Shown here: one piece after another, positions 59,132 through 64,000 of the stretch | Position numbering within the stretch: the first letter of the stretch is position 1 | Layout: every line of letters begins with the position of its first letter | From: an uncultured Acidobacteriota bacterium | Lineage (GTDB): Bacteria; Acidobacteriota; UBA6911 | DNA length: 64,000 nt | Assembly: GCA_963809485.1 (NCBI GenBank) | Contig: CAWEJX010000017.1 | Coordinates: 106,395 to 170,394 of the forward strand | Reading direction: 5' to 3' | Program-made: the position numbers and the translations under genes | Notes under the pieces: generated by a model | Told to the model about the DNA's origin: nothing | Database searches by the model: none | What the model saw: the letters and a program-made list of their open reading frames with translations, nothing else

Positions 59132-59690
59132 ATGGACCAAAGCGCGCAGGCAATCAAAACGAATCAATCTCTCCTGAATGAAATTTATAAGGTCAGCGGA
59201 GAAAAGATTCAAAACTGTTATCAGTGCCAGAAGTGTTCGGCAGGGTGTCCCGTTAATTTTGCCATGGACATCCTCCCCAACCAGATGTTCCGTCACATTC
59301 AATACAACAACCGGGACAAGGTGCTTTCATCGAAAACCATTTGGCTGTGCGCTTCCTGCCACACCTGCAGCGTCCGGTGCCCCAACAGCATCGACATCGC
59401 CAAAGTTATGGATACCTTGAGAGAGCATATCCGCCCGATCCGGCATGGCTCCAGGAGAAAAGAAGATCTCGCTGTTCCACAAGTTCTTTCTGGGGCTCAC
59501 GAAATACACGGGCCGCACCTGGGAACCCGGCATGGGGATTTACGTCATGCAGACCGGAGGTTTGGGCGGGATGATGGGATGGACGATGAAAATGTTTTTA
59601 AAGGGTAAAATCAGTCTTTTGCCGACATTCAAAGGCGGAAGGCAATTCAGAAAGCTGTTCAGCACTGTGGGAAAAGGAGGCGATCAATGA
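59132..59690 (+). CDS. hdrC: Heterodisulfide reductase subunit C-like, apparent frameshift near 59420
   Basis: CYQCQKCSAGCP and WLCASCHTCSVRCP. The C-terminus (FHKFFL...GR..E) continues in another frame and overlaps the hdrB ATG. Confidence 0.88.
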
Positions 59691-60538
59691 AAGAATTCTC
59701 CTATTTCCCCGGCTGTTCGCTTCACGGCACATCCAGGGAGTTTGACGAGTCCATCCGAGGCGTTCTGGACCTCCTCGATATAAAGATTCACGAACTGGAA
59801 GACTGGACATGCTGCGGCGCCACTTCCGCCCATTCGCTGGACGAAAAACTGGCTACCGAAATGCCTGCCCGGAATCTGGCAATCGCTGAAAAAAGCGACC
59901 GCGAACTGTTGGTGCCCTGCGCAAGCTGTTACAGCCGCTTCAAGACAGCCGAATACGAAGTGAAAGAGCACGGCAAGAAGGTAAGCTTCCCTTATCAGGG
60001 AAAGGTGCCCATCCGGTTCGCCCTGGATTACCTGTGCGACAAGCCGATCCTGGAAGAGCTGAAGAAAAAGATGGTGAAGCCGCTCGCGGGTCTCAAGGCT
60101 GTTTGTTACTACGGATGTCTTCCTGTCCGGCCTCCAAAAATCACCGGGATCAAGGATTATGAAAATCCCATGCACATGGACAAGCTTCTGAAGCAGCTGG
60201 GCATCGAGCCGATTCAATGGTCCTACAAAACCGACTGTTGCGGAGCCAGCCTGATGGTTACGCGCATCGATATTTTCAAACAAATGACCGGCAAGATCCT
60301 TGCAAAAGCGAAAGAAACCGGGGCGGACTGCGTGGTTGTCGGCTGCTCCATGTGCCAGATGAATCTGGACACTCGCCAGGAAGACATCGAGAAGGATCTG
60401 GGAAAGAAATTCGATCTCCCTATTCTCTACTATACCGAACTGATGGGACTGGCCATGGGCCACCGGGAGACCGGCAAATGGTTCAAACGCCATTTCAAGG
60501 ATCCCATCCCGATGTTGAGCGCAAAAGGATTGATGTAA
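59687..60538 (+). CDS. hdrB: Heterodisulfide reductase subunit B-like (two CCG domains)
   Basis: YFPGCS, DWTCCG, PCASC, YYGC, DCCG, CSMCQMNLD. Confidence 0.92.
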   Translation: MKEFSYFPGCSLHGTSREFDESIRGVLDLLDIKIHELEDWTCCGATSAHSLDEKLATEMPARNLAIAEKSDRELLVPCASCYSRFKTAEYEVKEHGKKVSFPYQGKVPIRFALDYLCDKPILEELKKKMVKPLAGLKAVCYYGCLPVRPPKITGIKDYENPMHMDKLLKQLGIEPIQWSYKTDCCGASLMVTRIDIFKQMTGKILAKAKETGADCVVVGCSMCQMNLDTRQEDIEKDLGKKFDLPILYYTELMGLAMGHRETGKWFKRHFKDPIPMLSAKGLM

Positions 60539-60540
60539 TC

Positions 60541-60620
60541 AGAGTTCCGAGTTCCCAGTTTCCAGTTCCCAGTTAAAAGGCAAAGGCAAAACTGGGAACT
60601 GGAAACTGGGAACTCGGAAC
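60541..60620. repeat. Heptamer-built hairpin (AGTTCCC/GGGAACT) between hdrB and hdrA
   Basis: AGTTCCG AGTTCCC AGTTTCC AGTTCCC AGTT ... AACTGGG AACTGGA AACTGGG AACTCGG AAC. Confidence 0.8.
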
Positions 60621-60631
60621 GGAGGGGTAGT

Positions 60632-63600
60632 ATGGCTGATAAGGTTGGGGCCGTAATGGTTATTGGCGGCGGGATTGCAGGGATCCAGTCATCGCTGGAT
60701 TTGGCGGAATCCGGCTATTACGTCTATATGGTGGAGACATCTCCCGCCATCGGCGGAGTGATGGCGCAGCTTGACAAGACCTTCCCTACCAATGATTGCG
60801 CCATGTGCATAGTCTCGCCGAAACTGGTGGAAGCGGGCTGCAATCTGAACATTAACATATTGACGGCCTCTGACGTGGAAAGCGTTTCGGGTGAGCCGGG
60901 GAATTTCACCGTTCGCGTCCGCAAACGCGCCCGTTTTGTGGACCTCCAGAAATGTACGGCTTGCGGCGATTGCGCTACCGTTTGCCCTATCGCGCGCCCC
61001 AATGAATTCAATGCCCTGCTCAACACCCGCAAGGCCATTTATAAAAGATATCCGCAGGCAATACCCAACGCATACGCCATTGAAAAGCGCGGCGAAGCTC
61101 CCTGCCGGAACGCATGCCCCATCGAGCAGCGGGCGATGGGTTATATCGCGCTGATTCGCGAGAAGCGCTTCGCGGATGCCTACCGGACCATTAAGGAAGA
61201 CAATCCCTTCCCCTCTGTTTGCGGCCGTGTCTGCAATCATAAGTGCGAGGAAGCCTGCACCCGCGGCGAAAACGGGCACGAAGCCGTCAACATTATGCAC
61301 CTGAAGCGCTTCGTGACCGATTGGGCATTTGCCCATCCCGAAGAGGTTCAGAAAGCCTATGCGGCAGGCATTCAAAAATCCCCGGACACCACAGGAGTGG
61401 GCAAGAGGGTGGCCATTATCGGCGCCGGGCCGGCGGGCATGACGGCAGCCAACGACCTGATCGCCAAAAACTTCGAAGTAGCCGTTTTTGAAGCCTTGCC
61501 GGTACCCGGCGGGATGATGCGGGTAGGCATTCCGGAGTACCGGATGCCTTACGATCTGGTTCAGAAGGAAATCGATGAAATAACCGCCAGCGGCGTCGAG
61601 CTGAAGCTCAATACCCGGGTGGACGATGCCGTTGGGTTGCTCGGCGAGTATCAGGCAGTCTTTGTGGCAACCGGCGCTCATGTCGGCATCAAAACAGGCA
61701 TCCCCGGAAATGACCTTCCGGATGTCCATGTCGCAACCGACTTCCTGCGGGCCGTGAGTCTCAGGAACGGGGATGTCAGACCGCCCGATGTCAAGGGCAA
61801 GCGCGTCCTGGTTCTGGGCGGAGGCAATGTCGCGGTAGATGCAGCCATGTCCTCGGTCAGGCTGGGAGCAAGCTGGGTGGGAATGACCTGCCTCGAGGGC
61901 GAGGGAAAGATGCTCGCCCATGACTGGGAGGTCCGCGATTGCCGCGAAGAGGGGATCGACGTAATGCCCGGCAGGAACTTCCTGGAAATCACAAACAAGG
62001 ACGGGAAGGTAACCGGGGTTAAAACCGTGAATGTGAATTTCCGCGGTTTCGCCGACGGGAAACTGGACATGGACGTTCTTAAAGGAACCGAGACCGTCAT
62101 TCCCTGCGATCTCGTGATTTACGCCATCAGTCAACGGCCGGACACAGCCCCTTTGAAGGACAAGGTCGAGACGGCGCGGGGCAGGATTGCGGTGGACAAA
62201 AACACGCTCGCGACCAACGTTCCGGGCATTTTTGCCGGCGGCGATGCCGTAACCGGCACAACATGGGTAGTCGAAGCCATCGAGGCGGGACACAGGGCAG
62301 CTGGATCGATCGCGGCGTTTTTAAAGGAAGAAACAACGAAAGCATGGCCTCCGGTAGTGCCGGTTCTTGAGAGATTGCCCGAATCAAAAATTGATCCCGA
62401 ACAGAAGGAACAACTGGTGGAAGTCTCGTCGCAGGCTTCCCGTTTTGAGCCTTCGAAACGTTCGGCTTCGGAGCGCAAGCACGACTTCAACGAAGTTGAA
62501 GCAGCGCTCACCGAAGAGGAAGTGGTCGAAGCAGCCAAACGGTGCCTTGAATGCGGAATCTGCTCGGAATGCAACCAGTGCGTGTATGCGTGCCGCGCAG
62601 GCGCGGTGAATCACGACGACCGCGACGAAGTGGTGGACCTGAAAGTCGGCGCCGTCCTGCTTACCCCGGGCTTCAAGACCGTGGATGGCAACGTCCGGCC
62701 GGAACTGGGCTACGGACAGTACCCCAACGTTGTCACCAGCCTCGAATTCGAGCGAATCCTGAGCGCCAGCGGTCCCTACGGGGGCACCGTCCAGCGCATA
62801 TCCGACGGCAAGCATCCGAAAAAGATCGCCTTCATCCAGTGCGTGGGAAGCCGGGACACCTCCTGCGGCAACGACTACTGCTCTTCCGTCTGCTGCATGT
62901 ACGCCACCAAGGAAGCCGTCATCGCGCGCGAGCACGACAATAGTATCGAGCCCACGATCTTCTACATGGACATCCGGGCTTTCGGCAAAAATTTCGAAAC
63001 CTATTATGAACGGGCCAAATCCGAATCCGGCGTGCGTTATGTGAAGTGCGCCGTTTCGAAGGTTCGCGAAGACTTCAGCACCAAGAACCTGGTGATTACA
63101 TATATCGACGAGGCCGGAAAGATCGTCGAAGAAGAATTCGAAATGGTCGTTCTCTCCGTCGGTCTCGAGCCGGCCAAACAAACGGTTGCGATGGCCAAGC
63201 GGCTCGGCGTCGAAGTGGACAAGTACGGGTTCGCAAAAACGGCAAGCTTTGCGCCGCATACGACTTCGAGGGACGGCGTCTATGTCTGCGGCGTCTACCA
63301 GGGCCCGAAGGATATCCCCGAAACGGTGGCGCAGGCCAGCGGAGCAGCCGCCGATGCCATGGCGCCTCTCGCCATGGCGCGCGGAACGATGACCGTGAAG
63401 AAGGAATACCCGCCCGAAGTTGACGTCAAGGACCAGGAACCCCGCATCGGCGTATTCGTCTGCAACTGCGGCATCAATATCGGCGGCGTCGTCAATGTTC
63501 CGAAGGTTAGAGATTACGCGAGAACGCTCAGGAATGTCGTTCACGTCGAAGACAACCTTTACACTTGTTCCCAGGACACTCAGGCAAAAATGCGCGAGGT

Positions 63601-64000
63601 GATCAAGGAGCATAACCTCAAGGACAGAGTTATCGTGGCCTCCTGCTCCCCCAGGACGCACGAACCGTTGTTCCGGGAGACCGTGCGGCAGGCCGGCCTG
63701 AACAAGTACCTGTTCGAAATGGCGAACATCCGCGATCAGTGCTCGTGGGTTCACATGAAGCAGAAGACGGAAGCAACGGAAAGTGGAACACCTCGTCCGC
63801 ATGGCGGTAGCCAATGCGCGAATGATCCAGCCGCTGGGGGAACACGAGGTGGCTGTCACCCAAAAAGCGATCGTCATCGGGGGCGGCATCGCCGGAATGA
63901 CGTCCGCTTTGAAGATCGCCGACCAGGGGTATGAAGTGTATCTGCTTGAAAAAGAAGACCGGCTCGGCGGCAACCTTTGGAACCTCCACTACACTCTTGA
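60632..64000 (+). CDS. hdrA: HdrA/HdrL-like flavo-Fe-S protein (runs off the window; apparent frameshift near 63780)
   Basis: GGGIAG, QLDKTFPTNDCAMC, GAGPAG, GGGNVAVD, FIQCVGSR, YCSSVCCM, CNCGINI, NIRDQCSWVH. The next GGGIAGM motif lies in a shifted frame. Confidence 0.92.

Noticed and set aside
60689-63973. Long antisense ORFs (534 and 529 aa) opposite hdrA, and similar ones opposite rnd, the glt genes and aguA
   Set aside because: No recognisable motifs; expected shadows of GC-rich coding frames.

Overview
A bacterial chromosomal window, GC-rich by eye, most likely from an anaerobic member of the Acidobacteriota. That call is inferred from the Acidobacteria-typical VWFA-related, TPR and carboxypeptidase-like-domain exported proteins, together with Hdr, multiheme and NrfD modules. 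At least five conserved genes carry frameshifts, including the essential tyrS, which points to uncorrected long-read/MAG indels. The window holds housekeeping genes (tRNA-Phe, iscS-like, rnd, dtd, dinG/yoaA-like, NUDIX, RluA-family, ttcA, cyclophilin, tyrS, typA), a two-component system, a GH67 alpha-glucuronidase, a Tat-exported PaoAB/CoxSM-like pair with no Mo subunit nearby, and an hdrCBA operon at the right edge. The most unusual feature is a ~13.2 kb tightly coupled minus-strand operon (43026->29787) with a well-formed sigma54 -24/-12 promoter. Directly upstream is a sigma54 activator whose sensor domain is a KaiC/RAD55-like fold lacking Walker A. The operon joins a split, archaeal-style glutamate-synthase set (GATase+GXGXG, one intact and one degenerate FMN subunit) with an HdrA/HdrL-like flavoprotein, two MvhD proteins, MetV, and a MetF paralog that appears to lack both catalytic acidic residues. 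Intergenic DNA carries 4 full copies and 1 partial copy of a transposase-less IS200/IS605-like element, several heptamer-built hairpins, REP-like palindromes and two candidate structured RNAs. All assignments come from motif recognition by eye; no database searches were run.
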